Virus record (IMG/VR): IMGVR_UViG_3300031519_003546
Location: 1 to 34,411 of that record
Length of the DNA: 34,411 nucleotides
Source: a virus
Lineage: Duplodnaviria; Caudoviricetes
Direction: 5' to 3' (one strand)
Part shown: positions 15,790 through 28,000 of the stretch, in pieces
Position numbering within the stretch: the first letter of the stretch is position 1
Layout of the letters: every line of letters starts with the position of its first letter
Position numbers and translations under genes: made by a program
Notes under the pieces: model-generated
The model's database searches: none
Told to the model about the DNA's origin: nothing
What the model saw: the letters and a program-made list of their open reading frames with translations, nothing else

Positions 15790-16239
15790 ATGGAACTTAA
15801 AAGCCTACTGGTTGACAGTAAAACCACATTGGTAGAATTTCCTGGACTCGACGGATTTGAAGTCGAACTAGCAAACCTATCTCGAAAAGAACTCGTAGCA
15901 TTACGAAAAAAATGCACACAACAAAAATTTAACAGAAAGACTAGAGCATTTGAAGAAACTCTAGATGATGATAAGTTTGTAAAAGAATTTACTAATTCAA
16001 CTGTAAAAGGTTGGAAAGGACTTCAACTAGGATTCCTAGAAGATTTGGTACTAGTAGATTTAAAAAGTCAAGACCCTTCAACGCTATTAGAGTACACAGA
16101 AGAAAACGCTTTATTACTAGTAGAAAATTCATCTGAGTTTGATAACTGGCTCAATGAGGTAGTCTTTGATTTAGAAAACTTTCGTACAGACTTCAAAGGA
16201 AACAATAAAGGAAAAACTAACCCTACTCCTGAAGCATGA
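15790..16239 (+). CDS. Tail assembly chaperone (gpG-like, T5 p139 position)
   Basis: VKGWKGL...FDNWLNEVVFDLENF; RBS AGGAG; located before the tape measure gene. Confidence 0.82.
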   Translation: MELKSLLVDSKTTLVEFPGLDGFEVELANLSRKELVALRKKCTQQKFNRKTRAFEETLDDDKFVKEFTNSTVKGWKGLQLGFLEDLVLVDLKSQDPSTLLEYTEENALLLVENSSEFDNWLNEVVFDLENFRTDFKGNNKGKTNPTPEA

Positions 16240-16249
16240 TGCAATAGGC

Positions 16250-16576
16250 ATGACTAAAGACCAATACTTACGTATGGTCGAGCAAACCGGAGAAGAAATA
16301 GACTGGGATAGATGTCCTCCAGAGTGGGACGACTTCCCATCTTCTGTAGAAACAGCTATGGGAATATTCAATGCCTTAGGGGACAAAATATACCCAGAAA
16401 TTGGTTATATTGGAAAGGACTTTACAACTTTAACTTTTCTTTTAGATATGTACAAGGTTAAAGAACAAACAGAAATAGAATGGATATTTGAGCTACTACT
16501 TCACTTAGAGAGTGACACTATAGCTAAGTCTCAGCGACAAATTAAAGCTGAGTATGATAAAATCAAGAAGAAATAA
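16250..16576 (+). CDS. Tail assembly chaperone second part (gpT-like), possibly reached by frameshift
   Basis: The frame is open from 16175 and overlaps the end of the upstream chaperone; no convincing RBS before ATG 16250. Confidence 0.75.
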   Translation: MTKDQYLRMVEQTGEEIDWDRCPPEWDDFPSSVETAMGIFNALGDKIYPEIGYIGKDFTTLTFLLDMYKVKEQTEIEWIFELLLHLESDTIAKSQRQIKAEYDKIKKK

Positions 16577-16579
16577 AAT

Positions 16580-19500
16580 ATGGCACAAGATAAAGTAGTA
16601 TTTGAGATAATTGCAACTGCTAAGGGCGTAAAAGTAGTCCAGCAGCAAACAGATAAACTAGCAAAAAGCAGTGATAAGGCTAGTAAATCTACAGATAGAC
16701 TATCTAAGTCTAGAGACAACTATAACCGTAAAGAAAAGGGTGCGGCTGGTATTTCTTCAAACCAAACTAAAAATTTCTCTAAAATGCAACAAAGCGTTGA
16801 CGGCGGTGGTGGAGCAGGCGGACTAGTTCGAGCCTATGCATTATTAGCTGCTAACGTTTTTGCATTAACTGCAGCCTTTGGAGTTCTTTCAAGGTCTGCG
16901 CAAATCGACACTTTAGTACAATCAATGGAAACTTTAAGTACTACAGGTGGCATATATATAAAAAATCTAGCCAGAGACATGCAGCAAGCTTCCGGGTTTG
17001 CCATAGATTTAGCACAATCATTCAGACAGGTATCGCTAGCAGCAAGTGCTGGTTTAAATACGGATGAAATTGAAGGATTAACAATGGTCGCAAAAGGTGC
17101 GGCAATCTCATTAGGAAGAAACTTGCCCGACGCTATGGATAGAATATTCCGTGGTGCAATTAAACTCGAGCCAGAAATACTAGATGAAATCGGACTATTT
17201 ATTCGTGTAGACGAAGCTGCACAGAAGTATGCTAGAAATAATGGTAAAGTTGTTTCATCGTTAACACAGGTAGAAAAAAGACAAGCTTTCTTAAATGAGA
17301 TATTAGAACAAGGAACAAGAAAATTCTCAGAATATGCAGAAACTATTAAACCCGACCCTTATGTAAGAATAGGAGCAGCTCTTGGAGATATAGCCCAAAG
17401 CGGATTATCGTTAGTTAATAGCGTATTAGGACCTTTATTAAGTTTCTTAGCCGAATCAAAAAGTTTATTAGCCGCTGTATTTGGTGTTTTAGTATTTACA
17501 TTATTAAGTAAAGCTTTACCCGCTATGGGATTGTTTGCAAAGTCCCAAGCAGAGCAAGCTACTACGGCAGCAAAAAATGCTCAAGCATATACCGATGGAT
17601 TACAAGCGGGTACAAAAGCTCAAGTAGCAGAAGCAAATAAAAGACTAGAAGACGATAAGAAAAACCTGAAAAAGTCACAAGCTATATTTAAACAGAGCGG
17701 CCCTCTATCAAAAGCAAAAGGAGCTAAAGATATTGACAAAGCTATAGCAAATACTACAAGAGGCCAAAAAAGAATCAATGCTTTAATAGATAAAGAAAAA
17801 CAACTAAAAGTTCAAATTAAGGCCTCTGAGGAAAAAGCCCAAGTGTTACTAAAAGAAGATTTAGCCCTACTTAAAAAAGAATTAAATATTCAAAAAAGTA
17901 TATTAAAAATAAGTAAAGAACAAGCGGCTAATGAAGCTAAAGGGAAAATACCAATATCCCCCACGTCAAATGCTGCTATTAAACAAGCAAAGCTAGACTC
18001 TAAAGCAGGGCAAGCTGCTGGGCTTTCTCAAGCTGTAGGAATGGCTGAAACTCAAAATTTAAGCGCAGGGTTCTCTGAGTTAAATAAACAAATTAAAAAT
18101 GGTTATGAAGGAGTAGACGAATTTACAGGTAAGGCTAAACAAATACCTTATAAGTTCATGGAAAGAGGTAGTATGAGAGTTAAAGGTGGGTTTGCCTTAA
18201 TGTCTTCTGGTCTATCGAAAATGATGGGTCTGTTAGGTCCTGTGATGATGGCTTTTGCTATGTTTTCTCCCCTACTAATAGGATTTAGTAAATGGCTAGG
18301 ATTTAGCAGTATAGAATCAAAAGCTTTTACAGAAGAACTACTTAAAGTATCTGAAGCATCGGAAAAACTAACACAAAGATTTGATAGTCAAGCAACAGCA
18401 ATGAATAATGATGCTTTAACTTTTAGAGAAAATTTAAAAGCAAGTATAGCTTACAATAAAAACCAATTGGAAACTCTCACAGGAATTAATAATTTACAAT
18501 CAGCTTTAGAAGATTTTAATTCAACAGCTACTTTTACAGTTCAGAAATGGCAGAATATATTAAGAGTATTTGGTCAAGATAACAATACAAAAACAGCAAA
18601 AGCACAAATTGCATCAGCCCAACAAAGTTTACTGGGGGCTATTAAAGCAGGAGATAAAGGACTAATACAGAGAACCTCAGAGATTACAGGCACCTTTGAC
18701 ACTAAACAAGCAATGCGTTACTACAAAGAAATTGCGATAGGTGAAGAAAAAGTAGTTAGAGCAAGAAAAGCTGCTGGGGTCATAAATCCAGCGGCAAAAG
18801 CATTCATGGTAGAACAAATAAAATTGGCAAAAGAGAGAGGGGAAACCGGTGCACGCTATACGCAAACTGGAACGTTTAATGAGGCACTGGTGAGGGATGG
18901 TAAACGTATGAGTACTGTTACTCTTAACCTAATGAAGGCTCAAATGGATTTAAATGCTGCAAAAGTACAAGGAGATGAATTTGCTAAAAATGCTATTGGT
19001 ACTGAAATGGACGCAATATCCGTGGCTGCTGAGGGCTTAACGTTTGTTAAGGCGAGAGAAAAAGCTCAAACTAACTTAGACTCAGCTTTACAAGGTACAA
19101 CTGAATCTATGGGTAAATTTAACCAACAATTTATGCCAAAAACAAAAGTTGATGATATTTTAGGAAGTTTCAATCAAGTAAGGGCTTCACTAAATGAGTT
19201 AGCAGACGTAGACCCCTCTATGGTTGACGACTACTGGAGTAGTTTTGCAGACCCCGATAATCCTCTAGCTAGAATGTTCTCAAGATTTACTGAAGACATA
19301 GTAGATGCCTCAGGTAATGTAATAGGTTCGCAATTATTAACAGGCTCAAATGTGGAAGAAGCCTTTGAAGCAGCAAAGAAGAAGCTAGAAGGATATCAAG
19401 AAAATATACTAAAAACAAAAATAGAAATTAAAGCTCTTAGCCAAGAGCAAAAACTAATGGCAAAACTAGCAGGAGCAGGACTAGAAACAAATAAAAAACA

Positions 19501-21304
19501 ACACAATGCAGAATTCGAGATACTACAGAAAAAACATACGATAGCAAAAGACTTAACAGAGGTGCAGTTACTAGATTTAGGCCTTGATAGAATCTCCCTA
19601 GCCTCTCTGGAAAAAGAGCTAAAAGGCCAGACAGATTTAGAAAAAATTAAAGGTATATTATTAAGCTATGATATGAATATAGCAGAACTTCATGGTATAA
19701 GGGCTACTCTTACCAACGAAGAAATAGAAAGTTTAAATGAAGCAATAAAATTAAAAACAAAGTTAAAAGATGCAGAACTTACACAAGCAAATGAAGCAAT
19801 GAAAGTTTTAAGTGCTACAAAAGCTGTTAATGATGCAAAATCTAAAGGAGTAGCTATAGCTGCAAAATTAAGTGCTTTATCTACTGGACGTACTAATTTA
19901 AATCCTATGGAAGAGGCAAAGGTAGCTATAAAACAAGCAGACTATGAGTTTGAAAATTCAAAAAGAATAGCTAAGCAAAGACACACAATTATAGGACTAC
20001 AAATAGAAGTTCTTAACTTAGAAATAGAAGTTATAGGAAAGAGACAAGGTTTAACAGCACAACAAATTAAAGCTAACCAAGTTGGTGCAAATGCAGTTAA
20101 TAAATTAAACAAAGATGCACAGAACGAATTAATTAGTAATGCTGAAGGAACATTTGTAAATACATTAGCCTCATCTGTTTCAAAAGGTTTTGAAGGAGGA
20201 TTGTACTCAGGGGCTGTGGCAGCAGGAGACGCTCTTAGCAAGATAAGTGGCAGAGTAGCCTCAGGAGACCTTACCGATGAAGAAGGTAAAGATGCTACAT
20301 CAAAAGTAACTATGACTCTAATAAGAGAACAAGCGCAAGGTTTAGCAGATAGTTTAAAAGAACTAGGGCCTGAAGGAGCTACGATTGCAGCTGTAGTACA
20401 AGGTGCTATGGTTATGGGAGATGCGTACTCAAATGTAGGTAAAGTATTTGAGAAAAGTGGAGAAGGAATGGCACATAATGCTGCTATGGCTGCTGCTGCT
20501 GCTGCAAGTATTGGTGCAATAGGTGCTATAATGCAAGCTAACTCTAAGCAACAAATAGCAGAAGTAGATACAATGATTGACGCTGAAAAGAAACGTGATG
20601 GCAAGTCAAAAGAATCTCTAGCAAAAATTACTCAAATGGAAAAGAAAAAAGAAGCATTGGCAAGAAAAGCTTTTGAGCAAAATAAGAAAATGCAAATTGC
20701 TCAAACTATTATGTCAACAGCAGCTTCTGTAATGCAAATAATGGCAAATCCTATGGATATTACTAAAGGTTGGGCAGCTATGATGATACCTATGACTTTA
20801 GCCTTGGGTGCCGCACAGGTAGCTATGATTGCTAAAACAAAATTTAGTGGTGGTAGTACAGATGTAGGCACAGCTGGTAAAACAACCATGAGTGTAGGAA
20901 AAAGAAATAACACAGTAGATGTATCACGAGGAGCCAGCTCTGGGGAACTTTCTTATATGAGGGGAGAAAGAGGAGTTGGTAGTGGAGCTAATAACTTTAC
21001 AGGTTCTGGTGGAGCAATGGGCAAAAAAGGTTATGCTTCTGGTGGAGAGGGAATACTTGTAGGAGAAAGAGGCCCAGAAATAGTAGTACCAAGTCAGAAA
21101 GTAGATGTAATACCTAATAGTAGATTAGATGGAGCAGGTCAGAGCATAAACTTTAGTATTAATGCAGTAGATGCTGCAGGAGTAGAAGACTTACTACTAA
21201 ATCAAAGAGGGAATATAATTAGAATGATAAGAGAAGCAGCAAATGATACAGGCGAAAGATTTTTAGAAACAGTTGATACACAGACATACGGGAGTAATAC
21301 ATAA
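16580..21304 (+). CDS. Tape measure protein (T5 pb2-like)
   Basis: 1574 aa, Ala/Lys/Gln-rich helical protein with hydrophobic segments; KLEPEILDEIG; C-terminal GYASGG..VGERGPEIVVP...INAVDAAG. Confidence 0.93.
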   Translation: MAQDKVVFEIIATAKGVKVVQQQTDKLAKSSDKASKSTDRLSKSRDNYNRKEKGAAGISSNQTKNFSKMQQSVDGGGGAGGLVRAYALLAANVFALTAAFGVLSRSAQIDTLVQSMETLSTTGGIYIKNLARDMQQASGFAIDLAQSFRQVSLAASAGLNTDEIEGLTMVAKGAAISLGRNLPDAMDRIFRGAIKLEPEILDEIGLFIRVDEAAQKYARNNGKVVSSLTQVEKRQAFLNEILEQGTRKFSEYAETIKPDPYVRIGAALGDIAQSGLSLVNSVLGPLLSFLAESKSLLAAVFGVLVFTLLSKALPAMGLFAKSQAEQATTAAKNAQAYTDGLQAGTKAQVAEANKRLEDDKKNLKKSQAIFKQSGPLSKAKGAKDIDKAIANTTRGQKRINALIDKEKQLKVQIKASEEKAQVLLKEDLALLKKELNIQKSILKISKEQAANEAKGKIPISPTSNAAIKQAKLDSKAGQAAGLSQAVGMAETQNLSAGFSELNKQIKNGYEGVDEFTGKAKQIPYKFMERGSMRVKGGFALMSSGLSKMMGLLGPVMMAFAMFSPLLIGFSKWLGFSSIESKAFTEELLKVSEASEKLTQRFDSQATAMNNDALTFRENLKASIAYNKNQLETLTGINNLQSALEDFNSTATFTVQKWQNILRVFGQDNNTKTAKAQIASAQQSLLGAIKAGDKGLIQRTSEITGTFDTKQAMRYYKEIAIGEEKVVRARKAAGVINPAAKAFMVEQIKLAKERGETGARYTQTGTFNEALVRDGKRMSTVTLNLMKAQMDLNAAKVQGDEFAKNAIGTEMDAISVAAEGLTFVKAREKAQTNLDSALQGTTESMGKFNQQFMPKTKVDDILGSFNQVRASLNELADVDPSMVDDYWSSFADPDNPLARMFSRFTEDIVDASGNVIGSQLLTGSNVEEAFEAAKKKLEGYQENILKTKIEIKALSQEQKLMAKLAGAGLETNKKQHNAEFEILQKKHTIAKDLTEVQLLDLGLDRISLASLEKELKGQTDLEKIKGILLSYDMNIAELHGIRATLTNEEIESLNEAIKLKTKLKDAELTQANEAMKVLSATKAVNDAKSKGVAIAAKLSALSTGRTNLNPMEEAKVAIKQADYEFENSKRIAKQRHTIIGLQIEVLNLEIEVIGKRQGLTAQQIKANQVGANAVNKLNKDAQNELISNAEGTFVNTLASSVSKGFEGGLYSGAVAAGDALSKISGRVASGDLTDEEGKDATSKVTMTLIREQAQGLADSLKELGPEGATIAAVVQGAMVMGDAYSNVGKVFEKSGEGMAHNAAMAAAAAASIGAIGAIMQANSKQQIAEVDTMIDAEKKRDGKSKESLAKITQMEKKKEALARKAFEQNKKMQIAQTIMSTAASVMQIMANPMDITKGWAAMMIPMTLALGAAQVAMIAKTKFSGGSTDVGTAGKTTMSVGKRNNTVDVSRGASSGELSYMRGERGVGSGANNFTGSGGAMGKKGYASGGEGILVGERGPEIVVPSQKVDVIPNSRLDGAGQSINFSINAVDAAGVEDLLLNQRGNIIRMIREAANDTGERFLETVDTQTYGSNT

Positions 21305-22035
21305 TGGCAGCATTTAGCGCATTCAATAATAGATTACCAGACCCAAATTGGGGGATAAATGAAGCAGGAGACGGACATGCAACTAGTTATGTAGAAGGAC
21401 CTGGGTTTTCTAGTGTTTCTTTTCAATCAAATCAACCTACTGCTTTTAGTAGAACTTTAAGCGGTAGAGTTACTACTCGTGCTATTGCAGGTCAAAATTG
21501 GAAAATTAATATATCTTATAATCCTATGACTCGTGCTCAGTTTGAACCTATATACAATTTTTTACAAGAAAAGAGAGGAAGATTAAAACCTTTTGAAGTG
21601 GTACTACCTCAATACGATTCTCCTCAAACAGCTATAACAGTTACTAGTGGAAGTAACTTACTAGTAGACGGAGCAGTACTAGCTGGTGCAACCAACTTCA
21701 AAGCAGACAATCATAGCCATACTTCTAATGGTTCTTTAAAACCCGGTGATATGTTTACTTTTAGTGACTCTACTAATTCAAACCATAAGAAAGTATATCA
21801 AGTAACAAGAGTACTAAATAATGCAGATTACTTAACAGGTGGAACTCGTCCAGCAGCAGATGAAAGACTATACTATGTTACTCCTGCTATAGAAAGAGCA
21901 GTCCCAAACAACACACAATTAATTACAACCAATCCAGTCTTTAGAGTAGTACAGTCATCAGACGTAGTATCTTACTCTTTAGGCACAAACAATTTATATG
22001 AGTTCTCATTGAGCTTAGAGGAAATTCAGTCATAA
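21304..22035 (+). CDS. Distal tail protein (T5 pb9-like)
   Basis: RLPDP, GPGFSSV, WKINISYNPMTR, V.LPQY and NNLYEFSLSLEE; follows the tape measure gene. Confidence 0.85.
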   Translation: MAAFSAFNNRLPDPNWGINEAGDGHATSYVEGPGFSSVSFQSNQPTAFSRTLSGRVTTRAIAGQNWKINISYNPMTRAQFEPIYNFLQEKRGRLKPFEVVLPQYDSPQTAITVTSGSNLLVDGAVLAGATNFKADNHSHTSNGSLKPGDMFTFSDSTNSNHKKVYQVTRVLNNADYLTGGTRPAADERLYYVTPAIERAVPNNTQLITTNPVFRVVQSSDVVSYSLGTNNLYEFSLSLEEIQS

Positions 22036-22036
22036 T

Positions 22037-25000
22037 ATGTCAGTAGAAAGAAATATCGATTCTAATATTAAAACAGCACTTGTCAATAATGACGATTTTG
22101 CGTACGCTCATTTAGTTAAATTTGAAAGACCTTTTAAACTAATAAATGGAAAAGCTCCTACAGATGCAAATAGATATGCATACTACACCGATGGAGCAAC
22201 AGATATTGAGTTTGATGATGGCAGTAAAGCCTCAGATGGAAGTGCTAATAATTCTCAAGTGTATAAAGCAAACAGAATCTTAGCTATAGGACAATATTCA
22301 GAAACAACAAGAGCAAGAGCAACCTCTATGAGTTTAACCCTTGCAGCTGAAGACTTAGGAGCTACAGTACAAATAGCAGGAACTTTATCAACTACAGGAT
22401 TATTTACTCCAACAAGTACAGTACATAATGGAGAAATTTTAGATTTTGCTTTAGAAGGTTTTAAAGAAGGAGACTTAATAAAATTTACTAATGGCTCAAC
22501 AATATCTAAATATATAATAAAAAACTTTACAACAAATAATACAGTAATACAAACAGAAAGAATAGGACTTAATGCAGACGAATACGAATCATCTTTTCCT
22601 GGTAGTAATACTACAGCAACTTTTTTAATACAACAAGATTCAATAGAACTAAATGCACCTATGATGGAAAGAGGAGTAACAGCAAGCAGCACTGCAAACG
22701 CTAGTCCTAACTTTGTGAATAGAGAAGTATTTATTCATAAAATACTAATAAATCCAGATACAGGAGTACGAATAGGTACTAGTGTAATAATATTTAAAGG
22801 TATTATTGCAAGTGTAAATATAGACGAAAACCCTACTAGTGTAAAAGTAAAGTGGAACTTAACTAGTCATTGGGGAGACTTTGAAGAAATAAATGGAAGA
22901 ATGACTACTGATGAAATTCATAGGTCTTTAACCTCTGCAGGTAACCCTGATTTAGATTCTACACTCAGACCCGAATATGCATCTGACCTTGGTTTTATGC
23001 ACGCAGAAACATCGTTAAGTGCAATCGCAACTTATAAGACACAAGAAACAAGATACAAAATGAAAACCAAAAAGCGTGGTGGGCCTGCGGGATTTTTTGG
23101 TGGAACAAAACAGGAACAAATAGAATATCAAGTTGACATACAAAATGAAGTAGACTTAAACGTTTTTTTACAGGGTAAATATTTACCTGTAGTATATGGA
23201 GTACAAAGAATTAATGGTAATCCTATATTTGCAGATACTTTAAATGATAATAATAAAATAATATATACAGCAAACACAATTTGTGAAGGAGAAATCCATG
23301 GCTTATTTAATATATATATTGATGATGTTCCTTTAATTTGTACAGATGATAATGATTTTGATGTTAGAAGTCCTGGTGGGTCCGACGCAGATAATACTCA
23401 GTTACAGTGCCATGGAAAAATGTCAAGAGGACAGACTATAAGTGGACAAGTATACGACTCTTCTGCTACTCAAGTATCTTCTGCTCAGGAAGCAGCAAAT
23501 GTAACAGCACAAGAAGCTAGAGAAGTGGCTCCTCAAAGCAATCAAGCTGACGCAATGTCCATTATAAAATTAGTGCCAGACAATTATTCAGCTTATGGTA
23601 GTAAGCCTTCTATTGCAGCAGGAGATGCCAAAGGACTAGAGCATGGTGCTCATTATGGAATAATGCACCCTTATAGTATAGACCAAATGTTTATGCATGG
23701 TAGACCAAATCAAAAAGCAGCAGCCATGCTAGTAGAACAGGCAGAGTCCGGTGGGGCTGTTGGAAGCATATCAGTACTGCATGGAGGAACTTCAAATTAT
23801 AGTGGAGTTCCTACAATAACTATTAGTTCTCCTTCTTCAGGAGTAACAGCTACAGCTGTAGCAGAAATGGGAAGTACTAATACCAATGATGCAAATAGAA
23901 TCAGAAGCGTTAGAATTACAGAAAAAGGGTCAGGTTACACTAGTGCACCTACTGTAACAGTTAACCAAAGTAAAGGAGCTAGATTATCAGCAAACTTAGG
24001 TGGTTATAAAAGACAAACAGATTACTGGACTGGTACACTACCATATTGGAGTTCTCAACATAGATTATTAGATACAGCCTACTCAGCAATGAAATTTGAA
24101 ATAGATGCTGATGCCACTACTATTCCTGAAGTAGAATATGTAGTAAAAGGTAAAGTACTAGACTGTTTTAACTATGATAATTCTTATATTCCAGACGCAC
24201 TTTTAGGAGCAGATGACTCTAGTGCCGACTTCACAGAAAGTGACTTAGTAGTAGTAGAGACTAGTGTTGATGGTACTAACTGGGTAGTTGACTCTACAGG
24301 TATTAATGCAGGAAATAAATTTAAAATTATGCATAAGTCTGTATTTACTACTTCCCGTGGAACAGCACATTTCAGATATAGACTAGACACTACCCCTAAC
24401 TTGGGATTGGTAAATGGAAGAGCTACAGATAAAACAAGATTAAGACTTAAAAAAACAATTAGTGGAACTCCTAAATACTGGCACATGCTTACTTGGGACC
24501 ATGAAATAGTAGGTTCAACAGTATTCCCTAATGACTGGGTATCAGCAGGAAGTAATGTTTCCGTAAATGGAAGTGGTGCAATAACTATATCAGGAGTATC
24601 AGCAGCTAATAAAGCAAAAATAGGACCTTCTAATCCTACTATTCAGTTCTATGCAGACGAGTGGTACACAGGGGCTTTTGCTACTACAGTATCAACCTTA
24701 AAGTATGCTATACTAAAAGGAACTTGGAGTGGTTCTGGGGATGCTAATGTATTAACTTTTACTGGTACAAACTGGACAGGAGTTACTTTCCCTAACACTA
24801 TAAAAATTAGAAACGCTATAGAATTTAATATGACTTCGGTATCAGCTGTAGCAAATATATCAAACTCAAGTGCATTAACTAATAGCTTTACAGATGCTTT
24901 TAATAATACAGTATTTGAGAGAGGAGCAATATTAAATAATTTAACTACTGGAGAAAGTAGAGAAATAGTTGCTTTTGGAACAGGAAATAACTTAGTAGAA

Positions 25001-28000
25001 GTAAATACTCCTTTTTTAACTCCAGCTTACAGTGACCACAAATTTAGTATAAATGGAAGTGGAGCCGATAGAAGAGCTTCAAGCAACCCAGCATTACAAA
25101 CTTTAGATTATATAATGAATAAAAGATTCGGCAGAGGATTAGAAGAAGCTGACTTAGATATAAGTAGCTTTGTGACCTCAGCAAAATTATGTGATTCTCG
25201 TTCAGACATAACAATACAACTAGCAAACTCTCCTAGTGGAGTTGAAGTAGGAGACATTTTTCAAATAACATCAGATGGAACAGCCTCAGGTACACACGTA
25301 GCCTCAGGTGTTGTAGCTTCTGGTGGAATAGATGTTACGAACAAAACAGTAACACTAACAAAAGTTATTAATAAATTTGCTAAAAAGTACAGCACTTATA
25401 CTAGTATTAATACAGGTGACATAGTATATACTGATGCAGGAAATTTTTATAGAGCTACAGGTTCTATATCACTTCCATCTTCTACAGTACCTACGCATAC
25501 ATCTAACACTACCGCTAGTTTAGCAGCTCTTTCAGGGGATGTACAAATACATAAAGTATCAGGAAGTGGAAGTGTTAGTGTATTGAATATGGCGAAACAG
25601 AATATTCCAATTGATTATTCTTTATATGATGCTGACTGGGTTAAATATTGGAGATACTATGGGTGGAATCATCATCATCAAAATGAAGTAACAAGACATC
25701 AAACTAACTTTATACTAGATACAGGTAAATCAATATTTTCTAATGTCAATTCTTTACTTAGCCATTTCAATGGAATACTTTCATATGAGAATGGTAAATA
25801 CGTACTAAGTGTAGAGACTCAAGAAACTGCACCAACAGCTAGTTATACAGATGGAGTAAACACGAATCCTTATTATATAGATAAAAGCGATATAATAGGA
25901 AAAATATCTGTAGTAGATAATTCACAAAAGAACGCTAAAAATACTATTAAAGCTAGTCTACAAGACCCGCAATTAAATTGGGGAACTCGTAGTGTAACAT
26001 TCTTTAACTCAGACTTTTTGAAGGCTGATAGAAACGTTCCAAAAACTGCAAGTTTTCCTTTTACAGGAATAACTAATTATTATAATGCCAGAATAAATAC
26101 AGAAAAAGAATTATTCCAAACACGATTCTCAAAAGAAATAAGTTTTGAACTCGGGCCTAAGGCTATGCTATTAAGAGCTGGTCAGGTATTAAGTATAAAC
26201 TATGAGTCTTTTGGTTGGAGTAATAAATTATTCCGAATCGAAAACCTTAACTTTAAAGCAAATTGCAACGTTTCAGTAAAATGTCGAGAGTATGATGATA
26301 GCATCTATGAAATCACAAAACAACAAGCAATGAAGATTTCTCAGGAAACTTCAGGACAGTATGCTTTGAAAAGACCTTCTAAACCTACTATAACTTCGGT
26401 AAGTACTAATAAAATCGGGTCTATGTTATTAAGCTGGACAAATGCAGATGACTTCATAGAAGGCTCTGACTCTACTGAAATATGGACTCATACTAGCGAT
26501 AGCTTAGCTGATGCAGTATTATTAGCTACCGTAGATAACTCTAGTACTTATATGTACAATGCAGCTGTAGCTCAAACTATATATTTCTGGATAAGACATT
26601 CTAGATTTAGTAGAGGTTCTACAGGTAACAACCAATTCACAGTAAAGAGTGACTATAATGCTAGCGCAGGTACTCAGGGTACTTCACTAGCTATTGCAGC
26701 TGGTGCTCAAACAGTAAAGTTATTACCTAGTACTCATGTTATTGATTACTCAGTGGTAGGAGCAGAAACTACTACAGTTAGTTTTACTACTGTACCTTTT
26801 AATGTATCAGGCACAGTTTTTTATGAATTCATAGTTGGCTCTACCTCAAAACAAAATACAACAGGAACAACATTCACACTAGCAGACTCAGATGAGCCAG
26901 CTCCAAGTGAAGCACCTGTAAGAGTAACAGTAAAATTAAGACAAGGTGCCAACAATGGAACTATTATAGCTCAAGATACTGTATCTATATTTGCCGTACA
27001 AGATGGACAAAGTGCTGTAACAGGATTCTTAACAAATGAATCACACACAGTAGCTACTGATACTTCTGGAGATGGAGCAAGCTTTTCAGGTGCAGGTGGA
27101 ACATTCAAAGTATTCTATGGTAATCAAGATATTACTGGCAATGCTAAAGTAACCTTCTCTGCTGCAACTGGTACAAATTTAAGTGGTTCTATTAATGCAA
27201 GCTCTGGAGTGTACACTCTTAGTAACTTAACAGCTGACCTTGGAAATGTAGTATTCTCTTCATTAATTAAAGGTAGTGTTATAGGTGGAGTAGACGGAAC
27301 AAATGATATAACAATTTCAAAAACATACTCTATATCAAAAGCAAAAGCAGGACAGAACGGAACAGGGTCAGCTGGAGCTAGTTCAAAAACAGTTTCATTA
27401 ACAGCTTCTGACTATTCAATAGTATATGATAAAGACGGTGGAACCCCAAATCCTTCTGCTAGTACTGATATTACTTTAACAGCTACTGCGCAAAACTTTA
27501 CAAATCCTTTCTTTAAATTTACAGGAGATGGTATAACAAATGAAACTTCTTACACAGATGGAGCAAGTTCTACTAATGATACTTTTACATTTCAAGTTCC
27601 TACAAGTCACTTTGCAGATGTAAAATCTTTAAGAGTAGGTGTATCAGAAGGAGAAGAAGCTGCTACTGAACTAGCTTTTGATACTATAAGTATTTTTGCA
27701 GTAAAACCAGGAGCTACAGGAACAGAAGGAGATGACGGCTATACAATTATCTGTAGTAATGAAGCACATACATTCCCTGCAGCAAGTAATGGAGCAATTA
27801 GTAGTTTTAGTAATAGTGGAACAGACTTTGAAGTATTTTCAGGAGGTACTCAACTAACTGGTATTACTAGCGGAACTCCAGGCAATGGACAATTTACAGT
27901 TTCAGCTGCCGTAACTGGTATAACAGCAGGAGCTCAATCAGCCAGTTCTAATAAAATAGTATTCTCTAATCATAGCGGAATGAGTAATGCAACTTCTGTA

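Noticed and set aside
16195-16220. Canonical -1 slippery site for the tail chaperones
   Set aside because: The downstream ORF is in the +1 frame, so a -1 shift would not reach it.
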